Shown in pieces: positions 15,640 through 30,465 of a stretch of 64,000 nt of DNA; position 1 is the stretch's first letter, and each line of letters starts with the position of its first letter. Source of the stretch: the human T2T-CHM13v2.0 reference genome, Homo sapiens. The notes beneath the pieces are model-generated. The model had not been told where the DNA came from. It was given only the letters and a program-made list of their open reading frames with translations, and did not search any database. The stretch lies in NCBI RefSeq assembly GCF_009914755.1, contig NC_060925.1, one strand, 5' to 3'. A program made the position numbers and the translations under genes.

Positions 15640-15910
15640 GCAATCCCCTTCACGATATAGGAATACCTTATAGAACCATTGATCCATTGCTTGAATACTC
15701 TTAGTGGCAGAGAGCTCACTACTCGATAAGGTTGTCCTTTCCCCTGAAAATCAGCTCAGATTATCTGAAATGTTTTTCTTATATTTAGCCCAGATGTTCA
15801 CTCTCTCATTATACTACCGTGCTCTTCCCCTTAATCATGAAACAGCCTGTAAAATAACTGGAGGCAACTAACACATATCATCCCTAGGTCTTCTCTTCCT
15901 CAGGGTTTTA
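15640..15910 (-). mobile_element. L3/CR1 3' fragment
   Basis: gcttgaatactcttagtggcagagagctcactact...tgtttttcttatatttagccc...catgaaacagcctgtaaaataactggaggc resembles L3 reverse strand. Confidence 0.55.
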
Positions 15911-16149
15911 TAAAAGCACCTTCCCATCTTCTTTGCAGAAACTGCTTTCACACATATTACCTGTGAGTCTCACAGGGCCCTGAGATGTCAGTAGCGGATG
16001 GCCGCTATTCCCATTTTGCAGATAAGGATAATGAATCTCAGAAAGTTGAAGTGATCAACAAAGATCATACCCAAAGTGAGGAAAGAATCTTGGCGGGGGG
16101 TCTGATCATTCCTTTCAATTTCGGAATCCATGTTTCATCAAAACGAAAA

Positions 16150-16913
<764 letters not shown>

Positions 16914-17325
16914 TGAAGGCCAAAAGAATTTCTGCTAGAATTCACTGACTGGTTATTACTGATAATTAGAAAGTCTTTTATGCCTAATACAACTATATAA
17001 AAGGCTTTGAAACTGAAAAATTACAAGGAGAAGGATAAAAGATCTTTTTCAGCCATAAGAATATTACATGGGGGAATGAAGAGAGGGGAAAAGAAAAGTG
17101 CTAAGTATTTCTCACATGAAAATGACATAAGTTGCACTAAGGTTAAAGTCTGTGTCATTAAAACAGTTGTCTGTGAAGGTTAAGTTCCACCAAGTTCAGT
17201 GTTATAAGGTGTGATAGAGTCTGAAATAGGCACTTGAGTGGCCCTGTGAATGCAATGCTCTGCTTGCATTCCCACTGTGGGACCTGAGTCATGTTCAATG
17301 GTTAACAGGGTGCAAAAAGCACTAA

Positions 17326-17690
<365 letters not shown>

Positions 17691-19128
17691 AGGAATGTGC
17701 ATTTTTAACAGTCACAAAAAAGTCAAGATATCTGCCTAAAGAACATGTCGAGCATTATCAGCCCGAAGAAACAAAGACTACGTGTATTTCCCAGCTCCCT
17801 GAGATGGAAATTGGTGATAAATTAATCAGCTCTGAGCACTGCTGAGTAGAGGAAGTATGGACTCAGCAGTCTCAGTGATCTGCCCAGAAGGTACTTACAT
17901 TTCTCCTTTGCTTATTCAAATCTTACTCATCCTTCAAGGCTTTGCTCAATTAATTCCCTCCTTTCTGAAACCTCCGTGTCTCTCCAGCCAGTTAGCATTT
18001 CCTCTCAGCAAGCATTTATGCTGTTGGATTTCAGACACCCTGACATAAAAATGTACCTATGTGTTTACAGTCACAAGAGAAGTTAGTCCCTGTGCCAAGC
18101 TTCCAGCTGCCTTGACCAGAAAAGCAGATGAAATGTATATTTCTAGGAGTGGGTAGGATTAATCCTTATATTGGCTCACAATTCCTAGGAAAGGGTGCAG
18201 GAGAGAAGCATAGCATGACCTTGAGAACAAATCTGCTAGAAAGACAGAGACATCACAGGTCCAAATTAAAATACACAACGAAAAGCATCCAAATGTGTTA
18301 TTTGAGAAAGAAGTCCAAGAAAGGGATGATAACCACAGCTGAGCATCCTGAATCAATAGGTCAAGAAGGGTTAAAACTAGGGCAAGAATGAGTAAATGAG
18401 AAAGAGGAAAGTAAAGAGATGGAACCAGCTTTCCATCTATACCTGGGCCCTAGCTCATCAAAACAAAACTGTGCACCCATCAGTTGATGCACTCAGGTGA
18501 AGGAGAGCAATAAGAAACAGAAAATTCTAACTTCTGCCCTAAGACTCTGGAACGCTCTGTAACCTCAAATTTGCCATGTTACTGATTTATCTCTGTTGAT
18601 GGAAGAGTGATGATGAGCTGCTGACTGAGGCTCTAAGACAGAGGTTGAGGGATCCTGTTGGCTTTGAGTCCTACAAAAATTTATTCATGCATACATTTTT
18701 TTTTCCTGGGGAGAGGGTCCACCATCAATATCTCAAAGAGACTGGAAATCTCAAGAAGGCCTACCTTAGAAACAGTCTAGATAGAAGTGAATCCTGCCCT
18801 CTAGGATCTTACAAAGAAGTAGGGGGAAGAAACTGAATAATAGCCCACAGCTATTAAATTCTCATTGCACTGAGCTCATTCACATACTTTAGCTGATTTA
18901 GTCTTTACACATTTAGTCTTTACACAAAAACTCTAAGGCAGGCACTAACATTAATTCCATTTTACAGATGAGGACATGGAGAGTGGAGAGACTAACTTAA
19001 GTACTCAAATTCACAAAGCTAGAAAATGGTAAAGCTGGGAGTCAAATCCAAGTTGTTCTGATGCCAAAGCCCATATTTTGAACCATTAGAAAATACTGCT
19101 CCATGATTACCACAATAAAATGTGGTTA

Positions 19129-20157
<1,029 letters not shown>

Positions 20158-20504
20158 TCAACAGTTGATTATCGTTCATTCAGTTCAGTAGTGATTTCAT
20201 ATACAGACTGAGGATAGTGCATAGAACCCCTCTTTTTGCCTGTCTCTCTTATATATTATATTGTTATATAAAATTTTAATTTTTAAAAAGAAAGTCTGTA
20301 GCCAAATGTAGTTTGAGAAATGGACTATGTAACTACCATCTCTAATTGCATATTATCTGAGACAAGGCAAGGGATGTAACTGATACACTCTTAAAATCCA
20401 AAAATTTTAGCGGTTTTCAGACAAGTATCTGGCAAATTCACTGGGCCCAAATCCTTTCTCCAGCCTTCTGTGACATGCAAATAGTTACAGGGGTTTTGGG
20501 GTAG

Positions 20505-20822
<318 letters not shown>

Positions 20823-22952
20823 TACTGATTCTTAATTCTATCAGATTGTGTCCCTAATATTCTGTAAGTTACAGGCCCCTCTTCAGAAAAATTAAAGAGT
20901 TTTAATGACTTTAAACACTTTCCACAGGGCCCCAGGAGGAAAAATCCAACCCTAGGTAGGATGAAAAAACAAAAATCAAAAATAACCCTGCCAAGGAAGC
21001 AAGATGTTTTGGCTTTGCCTGATGCTGAGTTCCTGATGTAGGAGGGGAGTGAATGCAGGTGCGTGAGTGTGTGGGTTTGTGTTTAGAAGGCCACCTGTCC
21101 GCCTGGTGATCCAAGCTATGAAGAAAAAACAACACATATTTATGGAGGCTGCAGGTGGAACAGGGAAAGAATGGTTAAACACAAAGTGGAAGAAGGGCCA
21201 GGCAAGAGGGCTTCTTTGAGAACCAACACTGTCTTAGTTTGACACGGCGTCTTTGGCCCCAGAAGGAAAAAGAACTTAATGGACAATAGATGAGCTTTGA
21301 GTCTATAGGCATTCATTTGTTCATTCATTCCTCACACAGGGATTCATTTGTTCATTTATTTTTATTCATTCATTTACCACTTGAGCAGCTACTCTGTGTC
21401 GATGCTTACTGTAATGAGGACATGAATATGATATGATTCCTGTCCTCAACGGACTTACAAAGCAAGGAGGTATGGAGTAAAAGTGACAACTCCTGGTGAG
21501 TAGTTCAGTGCAACAAAACATTTAGTAAGTGTCTATTAATTGCTAATGTACACTGAGTGATCACTGTTATTAATCTAAACTCTCAGAACTCAGTGAATTT
21601 GGTTTTCACATCACCATTACATAGCTGAGAAGACCAAAGACCGAATAGAGCAAAGGGCTCACTCAAGGTCACATAGCCAGTAATGAAGCCAGGATTCAAA
21701 CCCCGGTATCTCTCATAGCTTAGGTTACTACCACAGTCCTCAGCGGGAACTATATTTCAGGCACTATGCTAGGTGCTGAAATTGCAAAGCCGCGTGAGAT
21801 GTGATCTCTGCCAAGGTTTTTGAGGAACTCAAAGTCCAGTGGTTCACATGAATATGTTAAGAGAAAATGACAATCCATTAGGATCAGTGCAAAGAGAAGT
21901 ATTAGAGGTAGCCCAGAGAGACTGAGTACTCTATTTGGGGTAAGGAAGGCTTTCCAGAGAGGGTGTGTAATCCCCTAGAATAGTTGCCAATCCCTGGCTC
22001 AGTGAGGAGTGTTTGCTAGAGCACTGCCTGAAATAGCAACATGTGGATATGTTCTCATGTTATCTAATTCACATCTTCTGTTAAGGGTTTTGTATAAGTG
22101 TCTCCTTCAATCCTCCAAACAAAGCAAAGGTAGTATTATTTTCTTTTGGTAGATAATAACATAGAGGATCAGAGATGCAAAAAGCTGCTCAGGGACTCTC
22201 AGGAAGTGGCTGTGGTAAGAACTACACCCAGATCTCACTCTGAAGACCAGGCTCTGTGCAGACCTAAACCTGAGAAAAATGAAACCAGGTGGAACCTAGA
22301 GTAACAGGCCACTGGGCAGTTTCTCTTCTTATGGGAAATTTGTGGAAGTCTTACGACTTTCTGGAAGCTGCTTAACATACACTAATTGAGTTATCCTTGT
22401 ATTTGTCTTTCTGGCTAAGGGAAAGGTGGCGAAGGAGCAAACAGTGAGAGGCAAGGATTTTCAGAGTACAGAGGTACTCTAGGGAGTGTGCATTCATCAG
22501 AGAGGCAGGTCTACTAGGGGAATCCTGGAAGGCAGGAAGATCTCAGAGCAGGGAGGGGTGTGTGGTATTCGGTATTACCTCCGAGAGGCTTGGGCAAGTG
22601 GGATCAACTTTCCAATACATAAACTACTCTGACCTCTAATTATGTTCAATCATCTTTTTTGGTAGATAAGAACACTGAGTCTCTGAGGCAAGGAAATATA
22701 TCGAAATTCTCATAGGTAGGAAGAGGAGCTCAGATTCCAACTGCAGCCACCTGTCTCTATACCACAGCCTGAGGTTTTTACTTCTTACCTCTCTTAGGCT
22801 TTTGAAAATGTTGAAAATAGCTCATGGAAAAGTCATCATTACCATCAGTTGGTTCTAGGACTCTGAGAGAACAGCGGGTTGGGAGCCACTGCATGCCATT
22901 CAGGCAGCCCAGATATTTTGCAAGCAAAATTTCTAGTGCATTTCCTTAATGA

Positions 22953-23364
<412 letters not shown>

Positions 23365-24279
23365 TTCATATATTTATTAAATGTTCCTAAAGCAGCCGTG
23401 TTGTACCTGGCTTTCATATACCAGGCCATGGGCTTGCATCTGGTAATACGAGGACCCCAGGACATTCAAGGAAGTAATAGGGAAAAAGTGCTATTAGCAG
23501 AGGAATGACAGCACAAAGGCAGGAGTGATCTGCTGTTGCTGTTCAGAGCGAAAGTCCAGAAAGTCCCCCTGAGAACACAAAGCTTGAAGTAAAGTTGGAA
23601 TGCTGGGGCAAGGCTGCAGAGAGAGTGGGGAGGGGTAAAACAAACAAACACAAAAAGATTTCAGTAGGGCTGGACCAGAAGGAGGTAGATTAGACACTAG
23701 GCTGGAGAGGGGACCTTCAGGCAGCCCACCTGTGTATCTCAGGCAAAGGAGCTTGGATTTTTTTTTTTTCTGGAGCTATTAAGCATGGAGATGGTGTGGC
23801 CAGAATCATTAATAAATTCACAAAAACCAAGGCAGCAAATGGAGCATGTTTCCTTACGTATCTAAACCTGTTAGGGGCAAGTGTGGCAATTCAGGCACAA
23901 ACTGAATTGTAGAGAATGGTGTCATGGGGGCTGGACCAGTTGAAACACGAAGAGCAGACCAATGTTTCAGTGACAAGGGGGCCTGATGAGGTGCAAAGGC
24001 CTCAGGGAGAAAAACTGCTGTTTCCCTGAACAGTACAACACAGAATAGGGTCCCTAGACTTGGGTTTTTGAAAACGGGCCTGCATCTGGATATGCTTTTT
24101 CATTAAAACTAACACGCATAGGTTTCAGAAGCCATATTTAGATGGGGGGGGGGTGGTTTCAAGATCCTGGAAGAGTGGGTTATAGAAATGGACATTGATC
24201 AGAAAGAAGTTTCACTAAACGAAAAGGGAGAAGGGGGCAGGCAAGGATGAGAATCTACCAGAAAGACTCCCAACTTGGA

Positions 24280-24790
24280 GAATACAGAGTCTTAGGTTTG
24301 GAAGGGACATCCAGAGCTCTCCTGTCCATCTCCCTATGCAATTTGTGAATCGCCCTGGTAATCTTTCTGACAAGTGGTCTGCAAGTCTTGTTTGCATAGC
24401 TCCAAGAATGGTGAGCTCACTGTCTGAGGTGCCAGCTGGTCTAGCTATGAGCAGCTCTGACTGTGGGAAGGTCAGCCTCACTTTGAGCTGGAATTGACTT
24501 TCTTATAGTGCCACCCACTGGTCTCAGTTCCAGGACTTGGCTGACACAGAACAAGGTAATCCCTTTTCCATACAGTGGCCTTTGGAGTCCCATTTCATAT
24601 CTATGTATTCTTTTATCCAGGCCAAACATTTCTGTGTCCTTCAGCTGCTCCTCATGGGATGGAGTTTCACATCCCCTTGTTAATCTTATCGTGAAACATG
24701 CAGATGTGCCTTTATGTCTCTCACAGTGTGGGGTCCAGAACAGACAACAGTGTTCCAGGTAGAACGATTTTAGCCTCACAACAGCTGTCA
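24280..24790 (-). mobile_element. L3/CR1 LINE 3' portion with recognisable ORF2 C-terminal remnant
   Basis: ORF 24441..24848(-) contains LEHCCLFWTPH...RLTRGCETPSHEEQLKDTEMFGLDKR, resembling the CR1 ORF2 motif LEYCVQFWAPH...YEERLKELGLFSLEKR. Confidence 0.8.
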
Positions 24791-25328
24791 GGGACAGAGC
24801 TGACATTGTTGAGGGTCTACCTGACTTTAAAGCACCTTCTCTGTCCACACATTGTTGAGATGAATGAGGTCAATAGTGACTGAACACGCTAGTTCCTTGG
24901 CTGTGGCAAAGTCACATGTGCCCCCTGCTCAAGAGCCTTCACTGGCTCCCGAGAGCTGCCTGAATTATGTATAGAGGTTGCCTTCTGCATGCCAGTTGTA
25001 GGTCCTAAATATGAGTTCCGGGCACTTCAGTGGTTTGGAGCAGTACCACACAGCTGGGAATTTTTGGTTCTGTCCCAGATTCCCAGGAGTCCCACCGGCA
25101 CATGGGGTCCAGATCCACTGGACCTTGTTGTCCTTAATGTGGTATGCCTCTTGGGTTCTCCACAAGCCCATTGCATATGACCTTTTCCAAAATTTTCACG
25201 CTTTGGCTGAACTTTTGTATACCCCAAAGGCCCTGGCCAGCCTCTCCTACTGTCCCTTTGAAACTTCTCAACCACTTTCAAATTAGATGGGCAGCTCTCT
25301 TTCCACAACAGAAACACTATCCTCCACT

Positions 25329-25472
25329 TGAGCAGGTCACTGAGCTCTGAGCTTCACTACTATCAGCTCTGCCTCTTACTCAGGTTATTCTGAGGATGGA
25401 GTGAGAAAATGGATATTGGATACACAACACTATTAGATACCATAATACTGTAATGTGTTAGAAGAATTACTT
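25329..25472 (+). repeat. 144-bp direct repeat, copy A (partner 26520-26663)
   Basis: Ungapped match with 3 mismatches by eye. Confidence 0.95.
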
Positions 25473-25489
25473 CTTCTAAACCATGGCTG

Positions 25490-25562
25490 GAGACTTTTGC
25501 CCTAGAACACCTATGACCTTGAGGCCCTTAAACAGAGTAGTTCACGTGATTCAACTCACTCC
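25490..25562 (+). repeat. 73-bp direct repeat, copy A (partner 27449-27521)
   Basis: Ungapped match with 8 mismatches by eye. Confidence 0.9.
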
Positions 25563-25796
25563 CACTCATGGGACCAGACCTTCATCCAGATTGGCAACTT
25601 TTCCTCAGTGCTACCATTTCTGCCTCATGTCTCCTTCCTCTGGCCCACTGAAGATGCCCCAGCATGCAGTCCCCAGCAGAAACATGTGGGGCCATGACAC
25701 TCATTCCAGGAGAAGGGTTTCCTTCCGCAGGCTGTAGACAGCCTCAGTGTGAATCCAGGTCACGGAAACCTGGCAGTGGAGAGGAGATGTACTTAC

Positions 25797-25856
25797 ACTT
25801 ACAGGTTGACTTTTTGGCACATCATAAACACCTTCCTTCTTTTGGCTGGTGGGAAC
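25797..25856 (-). CDS. DAB1: DAB1 coding exon 9 (60 nt), Y232: VPTSQKKEGVYDVPKSQPVS
   Basis: Acceptor ttaatttttccatag|GTT, donor AGT|gtaagt (a second GTAAGT lies 6 nt inside the exon), phase 0-0. Confidence 0.97.
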
Positions 25857-26519
25857 CTATGGAAAAATTAAATTCAGCACAGTCAAAACACTCTGGTACT
25901 CCAATTTCAAAGAACAAAGCAACCAGACTTCAACTGCAAGCTGGCTAAGGGTGCCTGAGAATGGCCCCAGGGACAAGCCCATGGGAACCTGCTCTAATTG
26001 TGAAAGTATCAGGCCAGGCTCCCTCCCTTAGGAGCATCAGATGGGGACAGGGAGTGGGCATCATTTAACAAAGGTTTATAGGTCGTCTCTGCCATTGGGC
26101 TTCTCGCAGAATCAAAGACTAGAAACTTACATAGACTTCAGAAGTCATGCGGTAAAAAAAAAAAATCCTCATTTCCTTAGACAAAAATGAGGCGTAGGGA
26201 GGTGCTATACTGTTCCTGAAGTGATTAAAAACAGTTTGCAGCTGAGCTTAAACTGTTCAATGCTGAGGCTGAGATCTGGGCTATTTAAAATATAGCAAAT
26301 ATCAAGATCCTAGCACAAAGCACAGCTTCTACTGGGATCAGATACAAGCCATTTGATAATTATGGAAGGTTTTCATTGAAGAAAAAGGCCCACGAGTGGT
26401 ATGGAAAGTGTGGGCCTAGTACGCAGAAGATCTTGAGGGCGTTTAACATTAATCTGCATCTTCCTCCCTTCCCTTACTCATCCATCTGGTCTCACTGTTA
26501 TGAGCTAACTGTGACAGGC

Positions 26520-26663
26520 TGAGCAGGTCACTGAGCTCTGAGCTTCACTACTATCAGCTCTGCCTCTTACTCAGGTTATTCTGAGGATGGAGTAAGAAAA
26601 TGGATATTAGATACACAACACTATTACATACCATAATACTGTAATGTGTTAGAAGAATTACTT
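26520..26663 (+). repeat. 144-bp direct repeat, copy B (within a degenerate MIR-like context)
   Basis: Matches 25329-25472. Confidence 0.95.
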
Positions 26664-27284
26664 TAGTTACTGACACATCATTTAAATATATACGAACACA
26701 TCTTATGATACTAACGATAGTGGATATGTTGACTACTTTTCAAATGAGTCAACCAAGGGTTTTCACTGAAAGATTCCAGATTGGAAGCACTCATTAGTTG
26801 TTCCTTTCCCAGGAACTGTCACAGCTTAGCTCACACCCCCATTGCAGGACCCAGCCAGCAGTGGTTTTATAATGGTCTGACAACATGCCTTTCTTTCCAT
26901 CATATTGGGAGCTCCTCAAGAGCAGGCATAGTGCCTAACACCCAGTAGGCTCTCAGTAAATGTCTGCTGAGACATATGGTAAACGTATGATAGAGGAATG
27001 TGGGGAATAGTGAAGGAAAAGTATCTTTTGGGCTTGAGCTAGCTAACTACACCATTGTTCTATAAGAAGTAAGAATTTGAGCTTATTCCTTAGGTCCTTT
27101 GACATTTTTCATCTCATTTAACTTAAAATCTTTGCAATAACTCTAAGAAATTGGTAGTATCATCTCTACTTTAAATAGGAGAAAGTGACGCTCAGAGATG
27201 TTAGGGACTTTGCCCAAATCGTCAAAGCTGGTAAGTGACCAGGTTCAAACCCAGCTCTTTCTGGTGGCCAAACAAGACATCTAT

Positions 27285-27590
27285 TATTAATAATGTGAGC
27301 TAACATGGACTGGGTGCTTCCTATGTGCCAGGCGCTGTTCTAAACATTTGTGTCTTACATACATTCTCATGCAATCCTCAAGACAAGTCTTTCAGGTAAG
27401 AACTCAGTTGGCCCCATGTTGCAGAGGAGAAAAATATCTCTGGCAGTAGAGATATTTGCCCTAGAACACCTGTGACCTTGAGGCCCTTGGACAGAGTAGT
27501 TTGTGTGATTCAACTCACTCCATGAGTGCAGTCTGTGAATGGGGAAGCCAAAAGCTTGAGCCCAGGGAGTTTGCCATTTGACTGCTATAC
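27285..27590 (-). mobile_element. MIR containing the 73-bp repeat copy B (27449-27521)
   Basis: ctgggtgcttcctatgtgccaggcgctgttctaaaca...ccccatgttgcagaggagaaaa...ttgagcccagg. Confidence 0.65.
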
Positions 27591-30299
27591 TATTCAGACA
27601 GTTGTTTCAAGTGGGCCTTTTCTTTGACATCACATCCTATGTTCCCAGAAGCTCATCTACACTCTTGCAGAAAACAGGACTGAGTGAGCATGGCCGTGTC
27701 AGTGGTACACTTCCAGAGCTGATCTTGCAAGCTTCACTGTGCAAGTAGCCAGTGAAGAATGTCGTTTCTTTGCTCCTGATAACTGAGCTCCATCTAAAAG
27801 AAATCCTCTAAGAATGCCTACAGAGTCCTTGTTAATGAGGGCCAATAAATTACCAGCCCTCACTTTTGTTTTTACTAGCTCAACCTTTACTGAGAAAAAT
27901 GAAGAACATTCTGTTGCCCGTAATTCACTGCTCACTACGGGCACTTAGCACAGTTGAACCGCAGCTGCCTCTCAATTATCCCTAAAAATGGAGAAAAAGC
28001 AGTGGAATGGATAAACTCAAACTGTGCATAATTGAAAACGCTTTTCTACTTGGCTCTCCCATGGGTGAGATATCAATCTGCCTGTTTGTCCTTTAAGATT
28101 TATCTCAGCTGGGATATCTTCTTGGAAGCCTCACTTGATTCTCTAGGCCTTGTTTGGAGCCTTCCCCTGTATTCTGGTAACCTCTGGTGCATTCTTTCAT
28201 TAAAAAATAAAAATTGCTAAGCACGTATTATGTGTCATGCATCACGCGTTCCCTGGGACAGTGATGGTGAACATGATGGATATGGCCCCTGATTTAACAG
28301 AGCTCCTTGTCTTATTGGGGGAGATGGAAAAGTAATCAGACTACTGAAATAGAGTGTAAAGTGTGCTTTATCTTATCATGAGAATTATTGCATCACATTG
28401 TAACTGTTCCAGGGTCTATAAGCTTGCTGAGGGCAGGTTGGGGTATTTTATTATCCTTGTATCCACAGCTATAAATATTGGTGAAACAAAGAAATGCCTA
28501 ATCGCCAAGCATTCAGCCCATGAGTGCTAAGGTGCATGGTCCTGGCTCTCATCTCTGCTTAGCTGTACCATTCTGTTTACACAAAAGGCTTCAGTAACAC
28601 AATGTTTTAGAGACATAAAAGTTTCAGACCAAAAGGAACCAGAAGACTGGTAGTTCCAAATCCTGGGTCTGCCACAGGCTGCGACTCAGACAGTCGCTTT
28701 GCTCTCTGAACTTCAGTTGCCCCATCTGCCCATTGTGAGCATCTAAGGGGGCTATACATAAATTTCTGAGGGTGAGGGCTGTGCCATGGTCACCATCTCA
28801 TCCCCGTGCCAGACGCATGTGATTTCCCAGTGTCCAGTCATTTATTTGTTCTATAAATAATCTTTTTTTTGTGTGTAAGTGAATAGATGTTAAATTACTC
28901 TAAAAACAGCACATTCCGTACTATACATACAGAAGACACTTTTACTTTTATTTTGGCAGCATGTTAATTAATAGTGTGGAGAGGCAGTTCCAGGCTTTGT
29001 TGGGTAACATTTCCTGGAGACTCATCATTTAAAAATAACGATACTTGACAAGGATTGGATGGTTAACAGTAGTTTTTGAATGAATGAACTTGGAAAATGA
29101 CCATATGGAAAGCTGAAATCTTGCTTATATAGGAAGCCTGTTCAGGCATTGAAGAACACTAGATTTAGAATCAGAGGTTCTGACCTTGTATTCAGCACCT
29201 CAATTGGGGGAACTTGATTTTCTTATGTTCAAAATGATAGTCATTGTAGCTGTTTTTCCTATGTCACCATTATTGGAAGGATCAAAATTAAGTGATGTGT
29301 AAAAATGTTTTGTATTGGGAGGCTGATAACTTCAACACAGCCGATAACTTTTTCTGAGGCATGCAAAGCAAAAGGCAATTATTATTATTAATATAGCTGG
29401 GAAAACAAGACTATTAGAAAAACCTCGAAAAAAGAGGTTACATTTACTCAAAAGCCTCTGTATCCCTTTTGTTGGAGTTATAAATAGGAAAGTGAAGCAC
29501 GCTTGAGGATTTCTGCTAGGCTCTCCAACAACATGTGGTGAGCAAGTTATGTTCTATTTCACTTAAAACATGATCATAAGACATCTTCAACAGCATCTGA
29601 AACTGACAACACGCAAGGAAGGAGGGGAAACTCACGTTTACACAGAACCTACTATGAACCAACTGCTCTCCTCCTCGTTTTACGTTTTCACATCACTGCT
29701 AGGAGCAGAGAATATATTATCCCCATTTCATAGCCCAGGAAATTGAGATACAAAAATTATGTTCTCCACTTAAGTTCACAAAAGAGTTAAAGGTCTCCAG
29801 GACTGTCTGCCTCACTGCAGAAAGCAAGGAGGTGAATAAAAGCTGAGACCACTGGCTGGGCCAAGCTGAAGTACTAACAAACACTGCAATTCAGGAGAAA
29901 TAGCTATGGAACACTTACAAGCCCTTAAAAAAAAAATGAGGCGCCTAATAGCAGCCCCTTAAAAGCCCAGCCTTATCTTCAGGCCCAAGAGCTTATCTCT
30001 TATTAAGTAAATTGAGCCCCAGCAGACTGGCAGAGCAGGAGAAGAGAATGACCAAAGGCCTTTCCAATAGAAGGAGATAAAATACTCATTCCCTTAAATG
30101 GTAGCTTCCTGTTAATGATGGACAGATGGGAAGATCTAGAGGTCAGAGCTGTTAAAACAAGTGTGATTTTTAGATAGTGACTTGAAAGGGACTTAGAATC
30201 GAATTGTGAAACTCAGAATCAGGGGATTCTGAGCTGAGAGCAGCCTTAGGATTTATTTCTTTATTTACAGAGGTCAGAGGGACCTGCAGTGGGGGCTCT

Positions 30300-30465
30300 A
30301 CCTATTGCTAGCTCTGGGACCCTGGGCAAGTTACCTTATCACTGTGAGCCTCACTTTCCTTATCTGTAAGGTGGGAATAATGATTCAAGCCACATGGGGT
30401 TGTTGTGAGAGATAAGATATTGCACTTAAACCCCATTAACAGAGTTGGCTCACCATCAGCGCATG
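30300..30465 (+). mobile_element. MIR
   Basis: gaccctgggcaagttaccttatcactgtgagcctcactttccttatctgtaagg...ggggttgttgtgagagataagat. Confidence 0.75.

Noticed and set aside
21305-21375. TCAT cluster as a NOVA YCAY site
   Set aside because: It is on the + strand (antisense to DAB1) and is the (TTCA)n tail of an L2.
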